DNA of 62,925 bases, filler included, from Vannella sp. (lineage: Eukaryota): the NCBI GenBank assembly GCA_023345925.1. It is 8 parts of 8 records of this genome, joined end to end, with 100 filler letters (N's around TTAATTAATTAA, not from the genome) between each part and the next. Parts side by side here need not be neighbours in the genome. Positions count along the whole stretch, not along the records: positions 33,163 to 42,327 come from JAJQQN010001106.1; positions 42,428 to 52,998 come from JAJQQN010001202.1; 6 more parts are not named here. The stretch is one strand, 5' to 3'. The position numbers were made by a program, and so were the translations under genes. Within the stretch, counting starts at the first letter, position 1; each line of letters begins with the position of its first letter. Below the pieces are notes generated by a model. The model had not been told where the DNA came from. It worked only from the letters and a program-made list of their open reading frames with translations, and did not search any database. This document shows, piece after piece, positions 36,861 to 47,908 of this stretch.

Positions 36861-36992
36861 GAAAGGGGACGGGAAAGGGTCGACACGAAGGTGCAAGGTG
36901 AAATGGCCTGTTTAGGGCACTGGAAGGTGCTCTCTCTTCTTTGCTATGTGTTGTGGTGGCAGGATGTGTCATTTGCTGCTCCACCCGCTCTC

Positions 36993-39900
36993 ATGGGGGA
37001 GGAGGAGGAGCTTCGGGGGTGGCTGAAAGGGACTTTGGGGCTCTCTGGGGACAGGGAGGAGGAGCTACTGCCGCAGGGACAGTCTCTGTTGTCTTGTTTA
37101 CGCTCGGGAGTGGTTCTGTGCCAGTAAGAAGGGGAGGGGGAGGTGTGGGGCGCTTCCTGACGGGGTTTGGTAGTTTAATGAACTCGCTGATGGGGGAACA
37201 GATGATTAAGCCAATCCACACAAGTACTATGGCCTTCAAGCAACGGGAGAACATCGATAACTATCTATCGACCTGCGGGAAGCTGAGAGGCTTCAACCGC
37301 GTCAACCTCTTCGAGACGGTTGACCTTTACGAGCGCGATAAGCCCGCTCCTGTCTTCCAGAACTTGCAAAGGATTCGTTCTCTCGCTCTAGAGAATGAAG
37401 GGAAGCTTGTTGGCCTTCTCAGTGCCTCGGACTTGGCATCCAGCGCTTCCCGACGGTCGAGTACGTCGCGGTTCGCTCCAGCTCGTCGAAGCACTGTTTC
37501 TGTTACATCACCTACACCTCATAGTACGCCAAGTGCGACAGTGAACTCTCCAGCAAGCCCTTTGGTGGTACGGCAAAGCCAAGGGCAGACTCCAGTTTCT
37601 TCTCCTTCAAAGACTGGACAAGTATCGAGCTTGCAGGACGACATTACGACCAAGAAAGAGTTCAAGTTCAGTCGGGAACTGGAGCAGCTTGCCTTGGAGT
37701 GGATCGTTAACCTCTTCAAGCACTATCGGGACCAACTGTCCCGTCCCTACCCCCTTATTGACGACAAAAGCCTCACGCTCCACTCCCTTCTGCAGTCTGG
37801 AGAGCTCCTCTGTGAGATGGCAAACATACTCCACACGCTGATGAACGGAGCCCGTGTGATTGACAAGATTAATCACTCGCGCATTGCTTTTCTGTGCATG
37901 GAGAACATCGGCTTCTACGTGGGAGCGTGTGGCAGGCTGGGCATTCAAAGCTCAGATATGTTTGAAACTCCAGATCTATTTGAGAAGAGGAATATGAATC
38001 AAATCATCACGCACATTCATGTTTTAGCCCGCCACACGGAGAAGACTGTGAAAGACTATTCCGGCCCAACCATGGCCAACACGTCTCAGGTGAAGACTCT
38101 TTGGGCTCAGTCTCTGACCCACACGGAGATGGATACAACGGACGATCTTGCTCCTGAGCAACTGACTGCTGAGCAGCAAGAGCTTCTCGATTGGGTGAAT
38201 CGAACTCTGTCAGACACTTCTCCGGACTATCAAGCTATCACGTCGATAGGGAAAGGGCTTCGTTCAGGGGAGGTACTAATCAAAATAGCCGTTGTTCTTA
38301 CAAAGCAAAGTGATATCTTGGAGAAGGCTGAGCTCAATCCAACTACTCTGTGGCATTACATGCACAATGCGACTCATTTGCTCTCCTTTTTAACTCAACA
38401 GACCTTCCAGGAGCTGGAGGAATGCACTGCACAGGATATTGTGCTTGGTGATGTGAAGCGGATTTGCAGTCTTCTAAGCTTTCTCCGTGATAAGTATGAT
38501 CTTGACTACCTTTTCATCAAGATGATGAACGAAGATGTTGATGAGGCCGATGTGATTCTCTATGACGATATCAAGTTCACTGATGTCGAGATTCCAGGGG
38601 CGGAAGTCCTCACAGGAGAGCCGATGAAAGATCGTGTTGATGATTCTTCCCTTGTCGTTCGAAAGAAGAAAACAAGGAGGTCAACTGATGCTGATTCGAG
38701 AAAGAGAACTTCGCATCGGAAGAAGCGGGAAAGATCAGACGATTCCAGTTCTAGTGCATCAGAGAGCGCTTCTGCTTCTGAGACAGAAGTCAAGTCTTCT
38801 TCAGTACCCAAGAGCAAGAGCGAAGGATTACAAACTCTTCATGCCTCAGAGAAGGATGAAGGAGAAGAAAAGTCAAAGAGCAAGAGTCGACGGAGTAGCA
38901 GCGGCACCAGCAGAAGGAGTGGGACTAGTTCAAAGAGTCACCGAACCAGTAAATTAAAAAAGGTTGTGGACACAAGTACAGAAGAACCAACGAGCAAGGA
39001 TTTGAACCCCTCTTCAACTCCTGTATGTCCCCCTCCTGTGGATGAAAATAGATCTATCACAAGGAACCCCCGAAGATCGAAGGGAGCCGACCGACCTGCT
39101 GTTACCTTTACCCCTCCTCCTCTGATGTTACGCTCATCCTCCCAAATTGTACGACAAGCAGCATTCAAAGGAAAGAAAGTTGAGGACCAGAGAGTCCGAA
39201 AGGCTCAACTGGCTGTTCGCAAGCGTATTATTCAAGAGCTTCGAGAAACAGAAGAACGTTTTGTTGCTGGATTGTTGAGCGTTTCCCGAGACCTCATTCA
39301 GCCCCTTCAAATGGCTCAAGTCATTACAGATGACGATTTTACGGCAGTATTTGGTAATCTGCAGGTGTTGCTAGGGCACCACCAGGCGCTCCTCAAGATC
39401 CTCCAGACGTTTGAAGAGTGCAATCCAGACACAGACCCTATCGGTACCAGATTCCTCGAGGGTGTAGGTACTGCCACTTTGCAAAGTCAGTAAGGAACTA
39501 ACTGAAGTAGATTGGCTTCTTGGGCGCATATGCATCCTACTTGCAGAACTACAGCAGAGGAATGGTGGTTTTGTATTCCCTGAAGCAATTGAACTCGCAA
39601 TTCAAATTCATCCTCCAAGGATGGGAAAATTCTCCTCAAGTAACACTGAACTCACTTGGAAGCTATCTTGTAATGCCAGTACAAAGGCTTCCTCGATACA
39701 TTCTGTTATTCCAGGACATAAGCAAGTATACACCTGCGAGCCACCCAGATGCTGCGCTCCTTCCTCAAGTGATTACCTTTGTACAGGAAACCCTCAACCA
39801 TATCAACCAGGATATCGATAAGGTGGCTAACGAGAGATACTCAAAGCTTCTCTCTGTCATCGATTCGGTAGAAGGAGAATCCATCGAAATGCTTGCCACA

Positions 39901-40274
39901 CCGCATCGGTACTTGCTGAAAGAGGGAATCCTTGGAGTGAAGCAGAAAGGAAAAGCTCTTGCCGCTTTTTCCAAACACAAGAAGTCCCACGTCTTCCTCT
40001 TCAATGGTGAGTGTTGTGAGTATTGCCTTTGTTGTATTAATCGCTTGTCAAAGATTACATGGTAGTATGCGACCAGATGGAGCAACCAAAAGGAACAAAG
40101 CAGTATGAGTGTAAGCTGAAGATCCGATTGCCGTCAATAGCCCAGGAGGACATCATAGATGGAGCCGGGGAGGCCTTTGAAATTCGGTCAGGAGATGTGA
40201 TATTCAGTTTCCGGTGTGCAGAAGTGCAAGAGAAGTCTACGTGGCTGACCGTCTTCCATTCTATGTTGTGTTGA
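36993..40274 (+). CDS. RhoGEF with three calponin-homology domains (CH-CH-CH-DH-PH)
   Basis: CH motifs LRSGVVLC..FKQRENI..LFETVDLYE, LQSGELLC..CMENI..MFETPDLFE, ELLDWVN..LRSGEVLI; DH RIIQELRETEERFV, YLVMPVQRLPRYILL; PH to EKSTWL. Confidence 0.92.
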
Positions 40275-40714
40275 CCAAATTGCTGTCCAACGAAGAGAGG
40301 ATCTCATTCCCAGCTCACAAATCGCGAGTCAATAGATTCTGTTAGGATATTCTGCTATGCGCAGTCACTGGGTCAGGATCATTCTTTCGTCTTCCTCGTT
40401 GTGAAAGGATGTCCAACTTACTCCCCTTGTGGCTTGTTCCAAATGAGGACGACTCCCAACCGGAGCAAAGGTTCACCTTGACGCAATGGCCATTGCATAT
40501 TAAACCCTAAGTTAGTAAGGAGGGATGTAGTTGCCTGTAGTACCACAGTCTGGTGCTTGGGTTCTTCAAAAAGGCATTATTATGTACATAGCGGGAATAT
40601 TGGTGATGAATCCTTCTTGGGGCAAGGGTAGGACCTGAGCACTCATCCTAAAATTAAGCCATATCCATATCTCGGAGCGTAATGCCAAAGTGCGGAGCAC
40701 CGGCTCCTCACCCT

Positions 40715-42025
40715 CTAGCTGCAACATTGGCCAGCTCGAGTTAGAGAAGCCTCATGATTCGAGTTCATAGAAGAGAGAACATCATAGTAGACTTGGTTAG
40801 TAGCAAAGATAACAGTTGTATCAGACATAGCTGAGTGAGTCAAGAGTATCAAGCCATCATCCATCAATTCATAGCCAATTGCAAAGTCAATTGTTTGGTT
40901 TGTTTCAACTTCAACTTCCTGCACCACATCTTGCCACCGGATGGGTATCTGTCTCATCAAGCTTGTCAGATCATCTTTTCCCTCATCAACATCGATGATT
41001 CGCCATTTGGCCATAGCTTGGAGGATCTTGTTACTCGCGAAGCTACGAGCGCCTAGTGTGTAATCAGCCGATGAGCTAACCCTCGTCAGTAGTCCAGGGT
41101 AGCCTGCCGATTTACAAAACGCAGTTACCACATCGACAATTTCATATTGAGCACATAGCTCGCGGAATGCGCTTACATCTTGGAATGGCATCATGAAAAC
41201 CGGCTGCAACTTGGTACTGTTGAGGTCCCTTCCGTAGTAGTTGGGATACGGAGAAGTATCGCCTTTGAATTTGCCGTACGCAAGTCGCCGTAACTCCGAA
41301 CCGCTACCTGTTACCACTAAGAAGAACTGACCGGAGGTTGACTCCAAAAGAGAGGAAACTGAAGAAATAAACAATGTTGCGTCTTCTTGGGACCATCCTC
41401 TCTTGTACACGGCTTGGAATTCGTCCACCAGGAAGACAAAGCGATATCCATACAATTTAGCTACTTCCGCCAACTGTTCTGCCTCGAAGCCATTTGACTC
41501 AGGTTTCTTGATCTTTAAGAGCTTATACGCTCTGTCAATTAGTGAAGAGTGATCTGGCAACGTGCAGTCGATACGAACTACAATAATCCGTTGCCGGTTG
41601 TACTGTTGGAGGAAAGCACAGCCAGACATAATGGCAAGAAGCATAGAGGTTTTCCCCACAGCCTTACGTCCGATTACAAGGATGTTAAATCGATTGCAGC
41701 CTTCAAGCTTCCCAGTAACAAGCTTCAGCAAGAGTTCGGCTATTGTGAGAAAGAAGGAAGATCGTTCCTTGTCTAGAACCAGAGAGGAGTGTTTGATCTT
41801 CTTCATAGCAATTATCACATCCTCCTTTTGCTTGTCCATTGGATTACCAATCAAAGGACGAGGATGAAGATGAGCCTTTGGAAGTAATAGTCTCCAGCAT
41901 TTACAAAGCACCAGACCTAATAAAGTCAAGAAAGCCAGGCATGGAAACAGATCCTCCGACAGGGATGCAGCTCCACGTGCAATCATGAAGAGCGAGAGAA
42001 GAAAAGGAGCGAATCTATCGTTCAC
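40715..42025 (-). CDS. P-loop NTPase (AAA+/STAND-like, Crinkler-type NTPase candidate), possibly C-terminally truncated
   Basis: Walker A GRKAVGKT, Walker B FVFLVDEFQ, sensor LVVTGS, helical SAGYPGLL; hydrophobic N-terminus; intronless. First ATG at 41986. Confidence 0.7.
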   Translation of the reverse strand: MNDRFAPFLLSLFMIARGAASLSEDLFPCLAFLTLLGLVLCKCWRLLLPKAHLHPRPLIGNPMDKQKEDVIIAMKKIKHSSLVLDKERSSFFLTIAELLLKLVTGKLEGCNRFNILVIGRKAVGKTSMLLAIMSGCAFLQQYNRQRIIVVRIDCTLPDHSSLIDRAYKLLKIKKPESNGFEAEQLAEVAKLYGYRFVFLVDEFQAVYKRGWSQEDATLFISSVSSLLESTSGQFFLVVTGSGSELRRLAYGKFKGDTSPYPNYYGRDLNSTKLQPVFMMPFQDVSAFRELCAQYEIVDVVTAFCKSAGYPGLLTRVSSSADYTLGARSFASNKILQAMAKWRIIDVDEGKDDLTSLMRQIPIRWQDVVQEVEVETNQTIDFAIGYELMDDGLILLTHSAMSDTTVIFATNQVYYDVLSSMNSNHEASLTRAGQCCS

Positions 42026-42327
42026 CTCCCGATTGGCAACCCCAAAAATTCCGTCAGGAATTAATGCATACCCTGTACCAATGTGGAATCAATGATAGTC
42101 TATGAATAAATTAACTTGGGTCAGTGATGGTTAAAACTTAGCAACAAGCCTAAAACTAAATCTCTTGTTGATTAAGCTAAATGCTTCAAAAACATGTTGA
42201 GAGGTTCAAAAAAATTTTGGCAAATAAAGCTTTTTTGTGGAAAAACGATTTTATTACACAGAATCGGGGAAACCGCTTCCTCCTTGCGGAGGCCGGATCG
42301 GATACTTAGGCCATGCCTGCTTGTCCA

Positions 42328-42427
42328 NNNNNNNNNNNNNNNNNNNNNNNNNNNNNNNNNNNNNNNNNNNNTTAATTAATTAANNNNNNNNNNNNNNNNN
42401 NNNNNNNNNNNNNNNNNNNNNNNNNNN
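42328..42427. other. Artificial contig spacer
   Basis: 100-nt N run with TTAATTAATTAA. Confidence 0.99.
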
Positions 42428-43973
42428 GGAATTGGCTGCTTTGAAGATGAAGAGCTCCAACAACCAGTCCTCCCATCAACACTGGAGAGAACTTACTTCC
42501 GAGAGCCCCCTTTAAATCAACAACCTCAGAAGAGACCAATATTAAATTGTGGACAGTTTTAACGGCTTATTTGTCTTCAAGCCTCGTTGCTGCCAAGCTG
42601 AGACCGGAGGAACGCCCACACTCAGAACGAAAGGCTGGGCCTGGCCCTTTGAGTGCGGATCCGCACCTCCTGTCTGAAGAGGTGTTGGCGGCCTTATCAG
42701 CAGAGCCACCACCAAGGCGACCTGTCCCAGCCCCCAAGCGGACTGTTTCCGCTTACAACAACTTCGCGGTTGGTCCCGACGATGTAACTCCTGAGCCTGT
42801 CCTTGACATCATCGTCTTACTTTCCAACACCCATCAATCAACCATGATTGGACTGGGGAGTCCAGCCCGAACGCTTGGTCTCTCCCAGAGTCCGTTTGTA
42901 TCGGTGGAAGCTCATTCAGACGCTCTATAGAGCTGAACGCTGAACTCTGCGTACGAGAGTAATAATCCAGTTCCCAACATCCGTCCAAAAGCGTTCAGGA
43001 CAGCACACACCAGCCCTTGCTGGTTGAGAGGGAAGCTGCCGATGGTGCCGTGCTGGTGGAAGAAGTGACCAAAGTGGGGATTGGCTGCTCAAGGTGGGAG
43101 GGGCCAAGAGAGCTGCCCTTGTTTAGAGGGTCGGAAAGCTCTACCACACTATTGGAGGTGAGGTTGGAGGGGAAGAACATGGCAACAATCGATGGAGGGA
43201 AGAGGAGAGCCTGATCAACGGATCTATGGAGAGCTTCTTTTGAGGTTGCTTTGCTGAAGGACGACTGGCCAACAAGAATGGAGAGGACAATGCGAAGGAG
43301 CCCCATAAGGCCCCATCGCTGAGGCTCAACGGGGGCTGCCTGTTGGTTGCATTGCCACACAAGGAGAGTTAGAGCTGGTAAGAGATGGATCGACACTCAG
43401 GGTCTCGCTTGGAGAGGAAGGGGAACTTGCTGATCCAGTCGGCGCACCCTCCGCTCACGCTTGAGGAGGGCGATGAGGCGGTTGAATCCAATCTGGAGCC
43501 ACTGTTACTAGCACTGTTACTGAAAGAGCATGGGACTTCTCGCTTTAAGAGTGAGCGTGTCGAGAAACATGATGGTACAGTTTTGAGAGGAGGCGCTTGG
43601 GGGGGCTTTGCTGAGCTAGTGAGACTTGAACAGAATGAATGAGAGCTTGATATGCTCTCACTCAGATGAAGCTAAGTGACCCATAGGTCTCGCTGTTGAA
43701 AAACTAGCTCGAGAGCGAGGCGCTTTCGCTGCCACTTAGAGAGGGTGTTGGTGACAGGCTACTTCCTTCAGAGGGAAGGTGGAACAAATAATCCATCCTC
43801 CTTCAGGTGCAGTCTTGAATGGTTTTGCTCAACTTAGCCTTCGAGGGAGAAGGGTGAACCAGCTGTACCACGAGGTTCCAACCACGAGGTTCCACTGTTT
43901 ATCTCGCCAAGGTGCTCATTGCGGATCCCATCAGTCTGGTGATAGCGCGGGGCACTTTAGCGGCCATTCCAGC

Positions 43974-46190
43974 ATGATGTGGGGGGAAATGGCTGAACGA
44001 GGCCGGCGGATGTTTGGATTGGATGTACGGTCGCTGGCAGCGATGAGAGTGGGGGTCTCTGTTATCCTCTTGCTGGACCTTGTTGTCAGAGCGGGTCACT
44101 TGAAGGACTTCTACACGGATGAAGGTGTTTGGCCACTCTCCGCCGCTTTTGAGCTGCAAGCAAAGGAGGGGAGGATCTTCTCATGGTCTCTCTTCTATCT
44201 TTCAGGTAGCACTTGGTTCGCAAGCCTTCTGTTTCTCTCTTCTGGGTGTTTCGCTGTTTGTCTGCTCATCGGTTGGCACACAACTCTCTTCACGTGCGTC
44301 CTTGAGCCTTGTTCTCCTTGTACATGACTCAACTAGGGTGTAGTTTTCTCTCTTGGATCACACTGGCCTCTATCCAGACCCGCCAGGAGTTTGTGTGCAA
44401 TGGAGGTGACCTGCTTCTTCGGTTAACCTTATTCTGGAGTGTTTTCCTCCCTTTGGGAGCATCTTTTAGCCTAGATAGTGCTACAAACATTCGATTGGCA
44501 CACCAAGCCAATGCTAGAAGTCAGAAACCACGGAAATGGGCCTTCTCTGTGGCGAGTGTGGGATGGCTTTTGCAGTTTGGATCGATGTACGCCTTTACTT
44601 TTGGTCTGAAGTATGGAGAACACTGGTGGGATGGGACAGCTGTCGCAGTCACGCTTCAACAGGAGCAGTTTCTCACTCCAACAGGCCATTTTGTCCGCTC
44701 CATTCTCTTCCCGTTTGGCTTCCTCCCCAACTCTCGAAACTGGTTGTATGATGATCATACTGAGTCTTGGTTCGTTTCTAACGCTACTATAGGCCTACTG
44801 GCTGGGGTGTGGACTTTATGAAGGTCTCCACTTGGGCGACTTTGTATTTTGAATTTCTGGTCCCCTTTCTTCTCTTCTTCCCTCTGAACACGGAAAGGGT
44901 TCGCTGTTTTGTGGTTTTGTCACTGACGCTCATGCATCTCTCTTTTGGGGCATTCCTGGAGTTGGGATTCTTCCCCTACATTCCTTTTATCTGTGCCGCG
45001 AGCTTCCTTCCCGCCTCATTCTGGAATGGCGCGGAGAAGGTCTTTGTTCTCCTGCATAACAAGCTTTTAAACACTCCTGCTCTTGTAGTGTACAGCGACA
45101 TGCCGCCATCAGCTTACTTCTGGAGGGTCTTTCTGTGTTTTGGTGCATTTCCAGAAGAGCTGGTTTCCTTCCGTTCCCGAATCCCTCCTTCATTAGACTC
45201 TATCATGCAAGAAAGAAGAATCCCATTGGTTGTTACGATGCTCGCTGAGGGTGAGTTGAATGCGACTCTTCTTGACGTTTGCAAAGCTTCTCCGATTTAC
45301 TTCCTTCCCGCTCTTCTCTTCGAATCTGCCCTTTCCCTTGGGGCTCAACGCTGCATCATTGAACTAGCGTATGCCTATTGTAAAGGCATGCGCGCATCTC
45401 AACGAAGCGGCTCTCTTCTAGAAGGACCAAAAGAGAATCCTCGCCCTTTGGATGACAAAGATCTGTTGACAGATCCAAATCGCATTCAGACGCTACGAAA
45501 GCTTCTGTGCCACTCATTCCTGGTATTCGCTATCGTTTTTTGTCTTGTTTGGAACGTCAACGCGCACTTGGCGAGAGAACAGCCGTTTGTGTCTCAACGG
45601 GCGGCTGATGTTTTGGGCTTGGACCAGTGGTGGGGAATGTTTGCTCCCAATCCCCCGCTTACATATGACTGGATAGTGGTACGCTCAGTAATCCGGAGCC
45701 CTTCTCCTCTTTCTAACAGAGCTGGACGTCCAGATGCGGGGAATGTTGAATTCGGGTCGGATTGTCGACCTCTTTCCTGGGTCGCCCCGCCCTTTGGAAG
45801 ACCCTCCCATTAGTAAGCCGGAGGTGCCTTCCGCTCAATATCCATCTCAGAGGTGGCGGAAGTATCTGATGAACCTGTCCGACCCCAACTTTGCGTTTCT
45901 GGTGAGATGAATCCCTCCCGTAGTCCATTCCAACTGACTCCCGGCTCTAAAGCGGCAGCACTTTGCACACTATCTTTGCCGCAAATGGAGCTCTCTTGGG
46001 AGTCACCACAACGAGTCAGAGCCGCTTGCCATGTTGGAAATCCTCCTTTTCTCGGTCAAATCCTCGCCAGACTTCCGTGGTAGGTCAGGTATCTGCACCA
46101 ATGGACTGTGTGTTCATACTCCTTGGTATAGCACCCCAATCTGTGCCAAAAGGGGTCACGCTGTGGACACACCAATGCGGGAATGTATGA
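43974..46190 (+). CDS. HTTM-domain membrane protein (bacterial-type, gamma-carboxylase/LMF superfamily)
   Basis: FGLDVRSLAAMRV..DFYTDEGVWP, NGGDLLLR..FWSVFLPLG..FSLD, KYGEHWWDGTAV, LMH..F..GFFP, GLDQWWGMFAPNPP, RWRKYLMNL, YLCRKW, terminal LWTHQC. Several introns. Confidence 0.85.
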
Positions 46191-46217
46191 TAAACTGCTT
46201 GGCGGGGATGCCGTTCA

Positions 46218-46761
46218 TTAGTCGCTGCTTGCACAGCCACGACAACCACAACTGACGCATTCAACGATCTTTCCCTCTTCGATCTTCTCCTTGGGAACCC
46301 GGCAAATGCACGTTGTAGCAAAGTTGTGGTCCCTCGTCTGGATACATTGAAGGCAACACAGTTTCTCGTACCCAGGCTATCAACTCCTTGTCAGATCGCG
46401 TGTGAGGGCCACGATGGAAGGGGAGAGCGAACCTTCTTCCACTTGGCGATGAGGTTCTTGTCGGCGTATCCTTCCTTTAGCAGATACTCGTACAGTTCTC
46501 TAGAGATCGCATGGCGGCGGTAGAACAGATCGAAGACGTAACGGCTCTGTTGGTGATGAATGCGAAAGATCTTCCACGCCGACTCCCCTCGCGACTTTCC
46601 CTCGTGCGTCTCGTTCTCCACTTTCCCCGCCCATTAGCCACGCCCCTCCTTCATCCATTGATCCCACCTTCACGCATCTTCTCCGTAAACTCATTCATTG
46701 TCGCCTCAATGTCATCCCAACCCTCTGGCGGCGGTTTCCTGCTCCGCTTCACCTTTGGCAT
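46218..46761 (-). CDS. BUD31: Pre-mRNA splicing factor BUD31/G10
   Basis: [70 protein letters not shown]. Two introns. Confidence 0.97.
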
Positions 46762-46912
46762 GGCAACTCCCAAATAACTCAGAATTGGCTCACAAAATTA
46801 TGGCGCGTAGGAAATCTGAGTAAATTACCAGATTCGAGTTCGATTGAGAAAAAGAACGGAAAAGGGAGCATTTAGGCGGACGGGGTTGCTGAGGGACTCA
46901 TTCTTTCCGGTT

Positions 46913-47875
46913 ATGGCTGACTTGCAAGTGGGGTCGATGGCTTTACCACTAATGAGGATTGCGTTGGAGAGGGGGGAAGAGGAGGATGTGTGGGCCTGGG
47001 ATGATGAGAGCTTCCCCTTCGAAGATGAAGAAGGAAGGTTCTATTTGACTGTCCAACACTTCTTTCAGGCTTCCAAGTTCTTCATGACTGATCCCTCTTA
47101 CGCCGAACTCGTGATTCAAGCCACTTCCGCCGAAGAGGCCATCGCAATGGCGAGGAATCCAGAGTGCCCTCCTTTGGAAGAGTGGAACGAGTGCGATCAG
47201 AGCATGATAAGGCGCGCTCTTTGGCTCAAGATCAGTCAGAACCCTGAACTTCAACACAAGCTACTCAGCACAGGGTCCAGCCCATTGGCTGTCGCTTCTG
47301 CGAACAGTTACTGGGGAGTCTCTGATGGCACTGGTGACAACCACTATGGCAAGCTGCTGATGGCTATCCGATCACGGCTATCAAAGAACACAAGGTTGAA
47401 CGAAAGGAAAGAGGAGAAGAGAGTCCCAAAACCCCGCGGACGAGCGAAAGAAAAGCGCGGGAAACGCAACTTGTTCCAACATGCGGATGGCACTCCCACG
47501 TTCGATATGGTTTCCTCCTCGTTAGTACGAGTTACTGTAGGAGATGGAAGCATTATCGTGCCAATGAGCGCGCTCCCAGGAGAGGCCAAGACGATCACTC
47601 ACAAATATCAATTCTTCAAGAAAAGGAATCCCGAATGCCACATTGACTTGGGCGAGGAGGACCTTGACGACTATGTTGATGACACTGAGCTTCGGGAACA
47701 GTACATTTTTGAACGGGCGACTATCTTGGAGCCTACTACTTCACTGGAGGACCAATTCGCGGACCAAATGACTCAATTGCTGGAATTTGGTTGTGAGAAC
47801 AGTGATGCTAACTTTGCCGCTTTACTGAGCTGTGAAGGGGACATCTACTCCGCTTTAGAACTGCTTGTATCATAG
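46913..47875 (+). CDS. NADAR (YbiA-like) domain fused to C-terminal UBA domain
   Basis: YLTVQHFFQASKF, ALWLKISQNPELQHKLLSTG, YWGV..G.G.NHYGKLLMAIRSRL; C-terminal FADQMTQLLEFGCENSDANFAALLSCEGDIYSALELL resembles ubiquilin/Dsk2 UBA. Intronless. Confidence 0.85.
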   Translation: MADLQVGSMALPLMRIALERGEEEDVWAWDDESFPFEDEEGRFYLTVQHFFQASKFFMTDPSYAELVIQATSAEEAIAMARNPECPPLEEWNECDQSMIRRALWLKISQNPELQHKLLSTGSSPLAVASANSYWGVSDGTGDNHYGKLLMAIRSRLSKNTRLNERKEEKRVPKPRGRAKEKRGKRNLFQHADGTPTFDMVSSSLVRVTVGDGSIIVPMSALPGEAKTITHKYQFFKKRNPECHIDLGEEDLDDYVDDTELREQYIFERATILEPTTSLEDQFADQMTQLLEFGCENSDANFAALLSCEGDIYSALELLVS

Positions 47876-47908
47876 ACTGGACAACTAAATCAGACACAAG
47901 ATCCATCT

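Noticed and set aside
42428..43960. Coding fragments on both strands upstream of the HTTM gene
   Set aside because: Probably genic, but I could not build a consistent spliced model or recognise a family.
16574..47875. DarG-like and NADAR genes as a physically linked system
   Set aside because: They lie on different contigs and no DarT-like toxin is visible; only co-occurrence in the assembly can be claimed.
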